A stretch of DNA of 33,986 nucleotides from a virus (lineage: Duplodnaviria; Caudoviricetes), in the IMG/VR virus record IMGVR_UViG_3300025011_000122, positions 1-33,986 of that record. The stretch is one strand, 5' to 3'. Below the pieces are notes generated by a model. That model saw only the letters and a program-made list of their open reading frames with translations. It did no database searches and was not told the DNA's origin. Below are positions 25,405-33,083 of this stretch, piece by piece. The position numbers and the translations under genes are program-made. How positions within the stretch are numbered: the first letter of the stretch is position 1; each line of letters begins with the position of its first letter.

Positions 25405-25418
25405 TTACGAAACGTAAC
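25404..25418. promoter_or_regulatory. Third (symmetric) operator directly after cro
   Basis: GTTACG-AAA-CGTAAC. Confidence 0.75.
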
Positions 25419-25459
25419 AAAGTAAAACCAAATCAGCCTAATAAAGAGAGGAAAAATGA

Positions 25460-25645
25460 ATGAGCCTACAAGATGCAATTCGTAAAATTCACACATTAAA
25501 AAAGTCATTTAAAACATCCCAAATTAAAATTATCGAAATTGTAACATGTCGTATAAATGATTGGTATAACCTTATTTACTTTGAGTTCGACGGCAAAAAG
25601 TACGAATACAGAGAAACAGCGAATGGAGAGGCTTGGATTAGTTAA
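25460..25645 (+). CDS. Hypothetical early protein
   Basis: GAGG RBS; within the early operon. Confidence 0.6.
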   Translation: MSLQDAIRKIHTLKKSFKTSQIKIIEIVTCRINDWYNLIYFEFDGKKYEYRETANGEAWIS

Positions 25646-25676
25646 ATACATACGCAATGAAAGGAGGTGAGGGAAG

Positions 25677-25823
25677 ATGAATTACAAATCAGTGATAGAA
25701 GAACAGATCAGGGAATTACAGAAGGTTCAGGACAGGATTGTTGATAAGCAAGGATGTGAACATAGTTCATGTGTAGTTGCAAGAACAATAGCAGAGTTAG
25801 TCAGGGAAGCAAATCAATATTAA
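25677..25823 (+). CDS. Hypothetical 48-aa early protein (absent from the track)
   Basis: AAAGGAGGTG RBS; MNYKSVIEEQIRELQKVQ... Confidence 0.65.
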   Translation: MNYKSVIEEQIRELQKVQDRIVDKQGCEHSSCVVARTIAELVREANQY

Positions 25824-25842
25824 AAAGCGAGGTGGAGGAAGA

Positions 25843-26010
25843 ATGGCAGATTTAAAAATGAATATAACAATAGAAAATGTTGATGAAGTAAAAGCAACCA
25901 TCGAAAGAGCTGAAACACTTGTTGGGGAATTGAAATATTGTTTATGGCAGTTAACTACTTTGAAGGTAAAAGTGGATACAGGAAAGAGAATAACCGCCAA
26001 CTGTAACTGA
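25843..26010 (+). CDS. Hypothetical 55-aa early protein (absent from the track)
   Basis: GGTGGAGG RBS; MADLKMNITIENVDEV... Confidence 0.6.
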   Translation: MADLKMNITIENVDEVKATIERAETLVGELKYCLWQLTTLKVKVDTGKRITANCN

Positions 26011-26017
26011 CGGTTAT
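25990..26017 (-). terminator. Terminator of the counter-oriented gene
   Basis: Minus strand ATAACCGTCA...TGGCGGTTAT (pairs as G-U only on the minus strand), then TCTCTTT. Confidence 0.65.
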
Positions 26018-26028
26018 AAGAGGATCGA

Positions 26029-26337
26029 CTAGAATTTAAAGTTGTTGGCTACATAGATTTTTCCTGCTTCGTTGGACATGTCGCTCCAAGATGCAAACTT
26101 GGTTGTTTTGGATACATGGTTGTCGAATTCATCGTCAGGAATTGCTTTGAAATCTTCTTCTGAATTTACGACATAGCCTCCAGCGGAAAGAAGCTCATCG
26201 AAAGAAGAAAAATTTGTGTACTTTTTCATGAAAGACTCATTAAACAAAGTTGTAAAACTAACAGGACCATTAATTTTCTCAACACTTTTGTTTAAAGCTT
26301 TTTCGAGATCATTAAAGTTGTTAAATGTTTTATCCAT
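26029..26337 (-). CDS. Counter-oriented hypothetical protein (moron-like)
   Basis: GGAGGTG RBS before ATG 26337; extended -10 TGGTATAAT upstream; own terminator. Confidence 0.75.
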   Translation of the reverse strand: MDKTFNNFNDLEKALNKSVEKINGPVSFTTLFNESFMKKYTNFSSFDELLSAGGYVVNSEEDFKAIPDDEFDNHVSKTTKFASWSDMSNEAGKIYVANNFKF

Positions 26338-26399
26338 ATTATCACCTCCAATCGACACATTATACCACATTATGGGAGGCGAGAAAGGAGGCAAACACG

Positions 26400-26603
26400 A
26401 TGAAATACGATGAACTCTCCGAAATCAACCGCAGATTAGAAGCAACTCAAAACGAGTACCAAATGCTCATACATCGACTAGAAAACGATGTAACAGGACG
26501 TTATGAATCCGAGATGGTAATGCAGAGAATTGAAAAGTTAGCAGATTATATTTTCATCTTGAAGTGCAGAAAGAATGTGACGGAAAAACAGGAGGCACTA
26601 TGA
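26400..26603 (+). CDS. Hypothetical early protein
   Basis: AAAGGAGG RBS before ATG 26400. Confidence 0.65.
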   Translation: MKYDELSEINRRLEATQNEYQMLIHRLENDVTGRYESEMVMQRIEKLADYIFILKCRKNVTEKQEAL

Positions 26604-26767
26604 AAAATCCTAAGAAGCCCACCAGAGAGCAGAAAAACTTACTGCAATATTATCACTTAAATGTAGACAACTGGCTAGTAAGCAAAGACACAAACGAGTT
26701 TATGCAGATTGTACATAAGCTATTAGGATATGTCAGAGATGTACCAAAGAGGGGGTTATCGATTTGA
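26600..26767 (+). CDS. DUF6906-like small protein
   Basis: MKNPKKPTREQK..L....LN..NWLV.K motif; GGAGG RBS. Confidence 0.7.
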   Translation: MKNPKKPTREQKNLLQYYHLNVDNWLVSKDTNEFMQIVHKLLGYVRDVPKRGLSI

Positions 26768-26907
26768 ATAAGGCTAAATTGCAGGACAAGCTATGCAGAC
26801 TTTATTCCGAATTTGTAGAAATAGCACCAACAGGCACACAAGAAGAAATGGAAGCTAAAAAGCAAGAAATAAAACTTCAGCAAGAGCAGTTAAAGGAAGT
26901 AATTTAG
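26764..26907 (+). CDS. Hypothetical 47-aa protein (absent from the track)
   Basis: TTG start overlapping the previous stop; GAGGGGG RBS. Confidence 0.5.
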   Translation: MNKAKLQDKLCRLYSEFVEIAPTGTQEEMEAKKQEIKLQQEQLKEVI

Positions 26908-26919
26908 GGAGGAAATGGG

Positions 26920-27093
26920 ATGGGAGAATTTTTAATAGTTACGTTTTATTTAATTGGTGTTGGTTGGGTGGCTGGATCAGTAGCTTGGTTAGCTTCTAAA
27001 TGGATTTTCAAGAGGTACAAGTTCAAAGAAGAGCCAGTAGTGATAGTAATAGCACCGAAATTGGACGAGAAACATATTGATATTGCTATGTAA
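26920..27093 (+). CDS. Small membrane protein (absent from the track)
   Basis: GGGAGG RBS; MGEFLIVTFYLIGVGWVAGSVAWLASKWIFKRYK is one TM segment followed by basic residues. Confidence 0.6.
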   Translation: MGEFLIVTFYLIGVGWVAGSVAWLASKWIFKRYKFKEEPVVIVIAPKLDEKHIDIAM

Positions 27094-27113
27094 AACGAAA
27101 GGAGAATGCACAG

Positions 27114-27446
27114 GTGATTAAGATAACTGACAGATACAAACTTGACGCAGAAGAAATAAAAAGAGAACTCTTTTCACAAACGGATGAATATCGTATGCAA
27201 TTTGACAAAGTGCTCGATGATCCTAATCTTACAAATAAAGAACGTCTGAAGTCATTGGAAATGATATGGAATTGTAGCAGTGCAATACATACATTTATAG
27301 CTCGAAAAGCTGGCATAGACGTAAGAAATGAAGATGGTGGAATGCTCATGGATAGTACTACTGGATATTTTATGGCAAAGATTTTTGACGTTAAGCAACT
27401 AATCAAGAAAGAATCCATCCGTTCTGTGTCAGACTCCGCAAATTAA
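27114..27446 (+). CDS. Hypothetical protein
   Basis: AAGGAG upstream; GTG start; within the operon. Confidence 0.6.
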   Translation: MIKITDRYKLDAEEIKRELFSQTDEYRMQFDKVLDDPNLTNKERLKSLEMIWNCSSAIHTFIARKAGIDVRNEDGGMLMDSTTGYFMAKIFDVKQLIKKESIRSVSDSAN

Positions 27447-27469
27447 TAATAGGCAAAGGAGGATATACC

Positions 27470-27748
27470 ATGTTAAAAGTTTTATCACTCCCCGGATTTA
27501 TCAGGGATACATTATGCAGTAAGAGCAAGATTGACGAACTAAAGCAAGCTATCAAATATGGGAATGGCGCAGTAGTAAGGATAGATCCGAATACCACTGG
27601 GTTTGCTTATAAAGCCGGATTAGTTTACCACATTGTAGTTGTAAATTCCGAAGGTGCGGGCAAGACGGAAAAGGTAGTATACTATGCGACTGTTAGACGG
27701 TATATGGGTTATATTGCACCGTTGAGTGAGTGGAAGGTGATTAGGTAA
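27470..27748 (+). CDS. Hypothetical protein
   Basis: AAAGGAGG RBS. Confidence 0.65.
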   Translation: MLKVLSLPGFIRDTLCSKSKIDELKQAIKYGNGAVVRIDPNTTGFAYKAGLVYHIVVVNSEGAGKTEKVVYYATVRRYMGYIAPLSEWKVIR

Positions 27749-29071
27749 ATGAAGTTCTTAGACTTATTTTCCGGAATAGGTGGGTTCAGAATTGCAATGG
27801 AAATGGCGGGACATGAATGCGTAGGTCATTGTGAAATAGATAAATACGCAGATAAAAGTTATAGAGCTATGCATGATGTAAAGGAGAGTGAATGGTATGC
27901 AAGTGACATTAGAGCAGTGCGAGCAAGCGAACTTCCAAGAGCCGATTGTTGGTGTTTCGGATTCCCTTGTCAAGATATCTCGGTTGCAGGAAAGCAACTC
28001 GGATTCGCAGGACACCGTTCGAGTTTGTTTTTCGCAGTTACAAAACTTATTAGAGACACGAAAGAAGAAGATAGACCCAAGTACCTTATTGCTGAGAACG
28101 TTAAAAACTTTTTTAGTGTTAATAACGGATACGACTTTCTCAAAGCCATCATTGAGTTGGATGAAATCGGGTATGACACAGAATGGCAACTTCTCAACAC
28201 TAAAAATTTCGGATTGCCCCAAAACCGAGAAAGGGTGTTCATTGTCGGACATCTTAGAGGATCAGGTGGACGAAAAGTATTTCCTATCAGCGGAGGCAAC
28301 TCAGAAACTCTTAAGCAGATCATACCCAGAAGAGATGCAGAAAGAGTATATAGTTCAGACGGAATCGCAAGAACTCTAAAAGCTGAAGCAGGAGGGCAAG
28401 GAGCAAAAACAGGATTATACATAATTGGTAAAGATGGCAATCAGAAAAATAAAGATTACGCATCATGCTTAACGGCTGGAGGTCATAGTGGTGGAAATCA
28501 TTCGGATATGGATTTGTTGGTCGAACCTTATAAATCAGATAAAAATGGAAACGCCAAATGCTTAGATGCTAATTATCATAAAGGACTTCTGGCGAATCAA
28601 GAAAGAACAGGGGTAAGGATTTATGATTTATATAATCATAAGAAAAAGGAAGACGGAATTTGCGGAACTTTGACAGCTAATGGAAATACAAGTACTACTC
28701 ATTGCGGAACATTCGGAGTAATGATTTATCAAACTCCTAGAGGAAATAACGAAGGTGGACTTAAAGAAATAGCACCAACACTGACCAAGAATAGTTATGA
28801 GCACAATAATCATTTGGTGCATGGGGATATTTCGAAAACAGTAAGAACAGGAGGAAGAAACTCTCCATATGGTTCAAAACAAAATTGGGATACATATGAG
28901 GTTGAGGGCAGAATCCGCAGGTTAACACCAAAAGAATGTTTCAGACTACAAGGATATCCAGACGAATATTTCGAACGTGCAAGAGCAGTAAATTCAGATT
29001 TGCAGTTATATAAACAAGCTGGGAATTCGGTTAGTATACCGCCAGTTTATGAAATAGCTAGGAGGCTGTAA
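27749..29071 (+). CDS. DNA (cytosine-5) methyltransferase with an expanded variable region
   Basis: Motif I FSGIGG, IV FPCQD, VI ENV, VIII QNRER, IX RRLTPKECFRLQGYP, X QAGNSV. Confidence 0.93.
   Translation: MKFLDLFSGIGGFRIAMEMAGHECVGHCEIDKYADKSYRAMHDVKESEWYASDIRAVRASELPRADCWCFGFPCQDISVAGKQLGFAGHRSSLFFAVTKLIRDTKEEDRPKYLIAENVKNFFSVNNGYDFLKAIIELDEIGYDTEWQLLNTKNFGLPQNRERVFIVGHLRGSGGRKVFPISGGNSETLKQIIPRRDAERVYSSDGIARTLKAEAGGQGAKTGLYIIGKDGNQKNKDYASCLTAGGHSGGNHSDMDLLVEPYKSDKNGNAKCLDANYHKGLLANQERTGVRIYDLYNHKKKEDGICGTLTANGNTSTTHCGTFGVMIYQTPRGNNEGGLKEIAPTLTKNSYEHNNHLVHGDISKTVRTGGRNSPYGSKQNWDTYEVEGRIRRLTPKECFRLQGYPDEYFERARAVNSDLQLYKQAGNSVSIPPVYEIARRL
27897..28379 (+). CDS. Overprinted +1-frame ORF, putative methyltransferase beta-like subunit
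   Basis: AAGGAG 10 nt before ATG 27897; carries CSLSDILEDQVDEKYFLS near its C-terminus. Confidence 0.62.
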   Translation: MQVTLEQCEQANFQEPIVGVSDSLVKISRLQESNSDSQDTVRVCFSQLQNLLETRKKKIDPSTLLLRTLKTFLVLITDTTFSKPSLSWMKSGMTQNGNFSTLKISDCPKTEKGCSLSDILEDQVDEKYFLSAEATQKLLSRSYPEEMQKEYIVQTESQEL

Positions 29072-29090
29072 ATGAAAGGAGGCGAGGAAT

Positions 29091-29279
29091 TTGAGTGAAT
29101 TAAAAGATTGTCCCTTTTGTTTTAGTCCGCTTAAAGAATTTCCTATTGTTATGACAGGAAGAAAAATACTCCCCAACAGCCATACAATAGAGTGTATCAG
29201 ATGCGGGGCAACTGGTGGAACTGGATGGAGTAAAGAAGAGACAATTGAAAAATGGAATAGAAGAACAGCCGCTCTGTGA
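29091..29279 (+). CDS. Lar-family restriction alleviation protein
   Basis: LKDCPFC...C..CGA.G......IEKWNRR; AAAGGAGG RBS. Confidence 0.8.
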   Translation: MSELKDCPFCFSPLKEFPIVMTGRKILPNSHTIECIRCGATGGTGWSKEETIEKWNRRTAAL

Positions 29280-29337
29280 AAGCGACTAAGGAAAAATATC
29301 TTAATTAAATAATAAACTGAAATTTAAATTAAGTCAA
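29255..29337 (-). ncRNA. Putative short antisense RNA unit (promoter plus terminator)
   Basis: Minus strand TTGACT-17-TATTAT, then hairpin AGTCGCT/AGCGGCT followed by GTTCTTCT. Confidence 0.4.
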
Positions 29338-29352
29338 ATGGGGAGGTCAACT

Positions 29353-29721
29353 ATGTCTGAAAAATTAAGTATTCAATCGGAATTATTTAGCACTATGAGA
29401 GAACAGTTTGACACAATTTTAAACAGCATTGTAAAAATACTTGAAGCTGGAGACGAGGGCGAAATATCAATTAAAGTCGCATTGGACAAGAAGTATATAT
29501 TTGAGGCTGATGATTTTGGCAAGGAAATTAAAAGGCAACAAATTGACGCTTCGTGGGATTTGACTCGAATAATAAAAGCTAAAAAATATAAAGTTGAAGG
29601 ACGAAACTTTGAGGACTTTTTTCTTGAAGAAAATGAAGATGGAGAGCTTGCAATCAATAAAATAGAGCAAATGAGCTTGTTTGATAGTGAGGGCAATGAA
29701 GTTATAGAGATGAGAAGATGA
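29353..29721 (+). CDS. Hypothetical protein
   Basis: GGGAGG RBS before ATG 29353; C-terminal QMSLF resembles a beta-clamp-binding motif. Confidence 0.7.
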   Translation: MSEKLSIQSELFSTMREQFDTILNSIVKILEAGDEGEISIKVALDKKYIFEADDFGKEIKRQQIDASWDLTRIIKAKKYKVEGRNFEDFFLEENEDGELAINKIEQMSLFDSEGNEVIEMRR

Positions 29722-29978
29722 GCGATTATTTAGTAGATCGTTATCAGGACGCATGGGATAACAGATTTGATGAATTAGATTATGAGAATTGGGAGGAATC
29801 GAAAATGAGTGAATATACAGTTGAATGTCAAGCACTAATTGAATTAAAAATACAGGCAGAAAGTAAAGAAGAGGCTGAAGAAATAGCGGGAGTTAGGATA
29901 ATAGAAAAATGCTTATATGATGCAGATAGTATTGATTGGAGTATATCGGCGTATGAAGAAAATGGAGGGAATAAATGA
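29718..29978 (+). CDS. Acidic hypothetical protein
   Basis: ATGA overlap; an alternative start at 29805 follows a strong GGGAGG. Confidence 0.6.
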   Translation: MSDYLVDRYQDAWDNRFDELDYENWEESKMSEYTVECQALIELKIQAESKEEAEEIAGVRIIEKCLYDADSIDWSISAYEENGGNK

Positions 29979-31339
29979 AAATATCATTATTAAAAACAAA
30001 ATATTGTCTTGGAACAAAAGAATTAGACCTTAATCCTGGACAAATAACAATTATTGAAGGTGAAGAGGGGAAGGGTAAAACATCTATATTGGAATCAATT
30101 CAGAGATTTTTCTATCCAAATACTGAAAGGTCAGTATTTGTGAATTCTGAAGGCGAAAGAGCGGAAATATATCTGGACCTTGATGACGGAACCACGATGA
30201 AAAAATATATCAATAAAGAAAATAAAGTAACTACAACATCTATTGAAAAGGATGGCATGTCACCTAAAAGTCCTGAAACATTTATCAAGTCACTCGTAAG
30301 TGAGAGGCAGCTTAATCCTATCTCGTTAGTGCATATGAATGATAAAGAGCTTACCGCCCTTATATTGTCACTCATACCTATTAAGGTGACTGAAGATGAT
30401 TTGAAAGAATGGCTCTTAGAAGTGCCAGCGTTTGTTGATTGCACTAAGCATGGATTACAAGTATGTAAGGATGTTGAACAAGCTTATTTTGCAAAGCGTA
30501 CGGACCTCAATCGTAAAGTTAAGGATTTAACTTCAGAAGTTAAATCCTTGAAAGAGAAATTACCTGAAGAATATAACGTGGATGAATGGCGAGAAGTATC
30601 TCTTCAGGAAAAATATGAGGCTATCAGTAAAGCTAATATCATAAATGACAACATTAATAGGGCAAAAGTGGTATTGGATAAATCTGAATCAGACATAAAC
30701 AAAGTTAAGGAAATTACAGCAATAGAAATTGGGAATTTGCAGAAACAAATAAAGGAACTGCAAGATAAACAACAGATTCAAATTGATGAAATTAAATTTA
30801 AAACAACAGCAGCTAAAGAATATATTGAAAAGATAAAAATTATAGATATCGCACCACTCGAAGTAGCTCACAAAGAAGCAGAAGAAATGAAATCATATAT
30901 CCGAACAGCTGATGACCTGAAAGCAAAGGAAGCCGAATTGCTCAATAAAGAATCTGAATCTGAAGGACTTACTAAAAAGATTGAATATATGAGAACTAAG
31001 CCACAAATGTTGCTGGCTAAGGCCGAAATGCCAATAGAAGGAATTACAGTTGATGGACAAGGTAATGTGCTTATAAACGATAGACCTATTATTAGTCTTT
31101 CAGGCGGTGAAAGAATTAAGTTTGTTATGGCTATTGTACGTGCTACTGCTGGACCACTCAAAATAATCCTAATTGATGGATTTGAAAAACTCTCATCAAA
31201 AGGACAAAAAGAATTTATTGACGAATGCAGCGGCGATGATTTTCAGTACATTATCACAAAAGTTACTGACGGAGATCTGAAAATTAAAGTTATAAAGGAT
31301 GGAAATACAATCGACCACGAAACTGGCGAAATATTATAA
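29975..31339 (+). CDS. SMC/Rad50-like ABC ATPase
   Basis: Walker A GEEGKGKT, central coiled coil, LSGGE signature, Walker B IILID. Confidence 0.85.
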   Translation: MKISLLKTKYCLGTKELDLNPGQITIIEGEEGKGKTSILESIQRFFYPNTERSVFVNSEGERAEIYLDLDDGTTMKKYINKENKVTTTSIEKDGMSPKSPETFIKSLVSERQLNPISLVHMNDKELTALILSLIPIKVTEDDLKEWLLEVPAFVDCTKHGLQVCKDVEQAYFAKRTDLNRKVKDLTSEVKSLKEKLPEEYNVDEWREVSLQEKYEAISKANIINDNINRAKVVLDKSESDINKVKEITAIEIGNLQKQIKELQDKQQIQIDEIKFKTTAAKEYIEKIKIIDIAPLEVAHKEAEEMKSYIRTADDLKAKEAELLNKESESEGLTKKIEYMRTKPQMLLAKAEMPIEGITVDGQGNVLINDRPIISLSGGERIKFVMAIVRATAGPLKIILIDGFEKLSSKGQKEFIDECSGDDFQYIITKVTDGDLKIKVIKDGNTIDHETGEIL

Positions 31340-31352
31340 GGGGGAATGACTT

Positions 31353-31955
31353 ATCGGCATCCCAGTTCTAGTGATTGGCGAATCTGGATCAGGCAAAAGT
31401 ACATCAATGAGAAATTTTGAAGTTGATGAAATTGGAATCTTTAATGTGGCAAGTAAGCCGTTGCCATTTAGAAAGAAAATACCTAAAGCAGACAATGCAA
31501 CATATGCAACAATTGTGAGCGGCTTGTCCGCTCCAAAGCTCAAGAAATATGTAATAGATGATAGCCAGTATTTGATGGCGTTTGAGCTATTCGATAAAGC
31601 GAAAGAAACTGGTTACGGTAAGTTTACAGATATGGCATTGCATTTTAAGGGGCTTATAGATTTTGTTATCAAAAGTACGCCACCAGACGTAATTGTTTAT
31701 TTCTTGCATCATGCACAAAGAACAGAAACAGGAGTAAAGGCGAAGACTGTAGGAAGGATGCTGGACGATCAATTAACGGTGGAAGGATTATTTTCCATCG
31801 TGCTGAGAACTAAGGCTGAAAATGGCAAATACAGCTTTGTAACGCAGACTGATGGCAATGACACCGTAAAAAGTCCAATGGAAATGCTGGATAAAGAAAT
31901 TGATAACGATTTGAAAATAGTTGACAAAAAAATAAGAGAATATTGGGAACTGTAA
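31353..31955 (+). CDS. Sak4-like / AAA_24 P-loop ATPase (recombination)
   Basis: GIPVLVIGESGSGKST, VIDDSQY and GYGKF motifs; probable ATC start at 31353. Confidence 0.82.
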   Translation: MGIPVLVIGESGSGKSTSMRNFEVDEIGIFNVASKPLPFRKKIPKADNATYATIVSGLSAPKLKKYVIDDSQYLMAFELFDKAKETGYGKFTDMALHFKGLIDFVIKSTPPDVIVYFLHHAQRTETGVKAKTVGRMLDDQLTVEGLFSIVLRTKAENGKYSFVTQTDGNDTVKSPMEMLDKEIDNDLKIVDKKIREYWEL

Positions 31956-31966
31956 AGGAGAAAATC

Positions 31967-32533
31967 ATGAAAAATTATGAAGGTTATGAAAAATCAGAGG
32001 CATTTACTGGGGAATTTGAAACATTAGAACCAGGCGGTTATGTCTGCAAAATAACGAAAGTTGTTTGTGAAGAAAAGCCTTATGGTGAGCTACTAAGAAT
32101 TAGTTTTGATATTGAAGAAGGTGAACACAAAGAGTTTTATAAAAGAAAGTTTGTAAAGGCTTTTGAAGCAAATAGTGAAGCAAAATGGCAAGGTATGTAT
32201 TATCAAACAGTCAAAACAGATGATCTTAGATATTTTAAAGGGTTTATTACAGCAATCGAAAATAGTAATAGTGGTTTTAAATTTGACTTTGACGAACAAA
32301 AGCTTGTTGGTAAGCTATTTGGTGGCGTATTTGGACAGGAAGAATATGAGAATAGCAATGGTGAAGTTAAGTTGTCTACTAAATGCGTACAAGTAAGAAG
32401 CGTTGAAAAGATTCGTGAAGGTGTAGGGATTCCTGAAATTAAACGATTGAAACATAGTGCAACTGATAGTCTTTTTGCAACGGCAACTGATAGCTTTTTT
32501 ACAGTGGATAGCAATGATGTATTACCATTTTAG
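31967..32533 (+). CDS. Single-stranded DNA-binding protein (DUF669-like)
   Basis: LEPGGYVCKI...FDI.EG motif; acidic C-terminal tail ending DVLPF; follows the Sak4-like gene. Confidence 0.75.
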   Translation: MKNYEGYEKSEAFTGEFETLEPGGYVCKITKVVCEEKPYGELLRISFDIEEGEHKEFYKRKFVKAFEANSEAKWQGMYYQTVKTDDLRYFKGFITAIENSNSGFKFDFDEQKLVGKLFGGVFGQEEYENSNGEVKLSTKCVQVRSVEKIREGVGIPEIKRLKHSATDSLFATATDSFFTVDSNDVLPF

Positions 32534-33083
32534 GGACATTAAGCAGCAAGTAAACATCTTAGATGTTGCAAGGCATTATGGGGTAAAGGTGAATTCTCGT
32601 GGTTTGGGCTTGTGCCCATTCCACAGAGAAAAGTCACCATCTTTTAGTATAAGTGAGAGCAAGCAAATATTTAAATGCTTTTCTTGTGATATTAGTGGCG
32701 ATGTTTTTACCCTTGTATCCAAATTATTAAATGTAACTCCGATTGAGGCGATGAAAGTTATTAATAATAATTTCGGATGCGGATTAGATTTGGATAAATC
32801 TAACTATACGAATAATTTTGAGAAAAAGAAGCAATTAGAAGAACAGTTTAAACGCTGGTATACCAGCACTTATAACGAATTATGCGATTATTATAAATTA
32901 CTTAAGATGTGGAAATCAAAATGTAATCTTGAAGACAAACAATATATAGAGGCATTGCAGAATATAGACAAAATTGAATATTATATTGATTTTTTAACGA
33001 ATGCAACTGATGAAGAAAAGATTATATTTTGGAAACAAAAGGTGGTGAATAAGGTTGTTAAGTCTAGCGGATCGACTGATTGA
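32514..33083 (+). CDS. CHC2 zinc-finger protein (primase zinc-binding domain only)
   Basis: CPFHREKSPSF...FKCFSC..GDVF; no TOPRIM domain evident. Confidence 0.85.
   Translation: MMYYHFRDIKQQVNILDVARHYGVKVNSRGLGLCPFHREKSPSFSISESKQIFKCFSCDISGDVFTLVSKLLNVTPIEAMKVINNNFGCGLDLDKSNYTNNFEKKKQLEEQFKRWYTSTYNELCDYYKLLKMWKSKCNLEDKQYIEALQNIDKIEYYIDFLTNATDEEKIIFWKQKVVNKVVKSSGSTD

Noticed and set aside
27764-28440. Two long minus-strand ORFs inside the methyltransferase
   Set aside because: They are explained as antisense shadows of the two open plus-strand frames and show no motifs.
32459-32500. Short duplication GCAACTGATAG in the SSB tail
   Set aside because: It is a small duplication in a disordered linker; two copies are not enough to call iterons.
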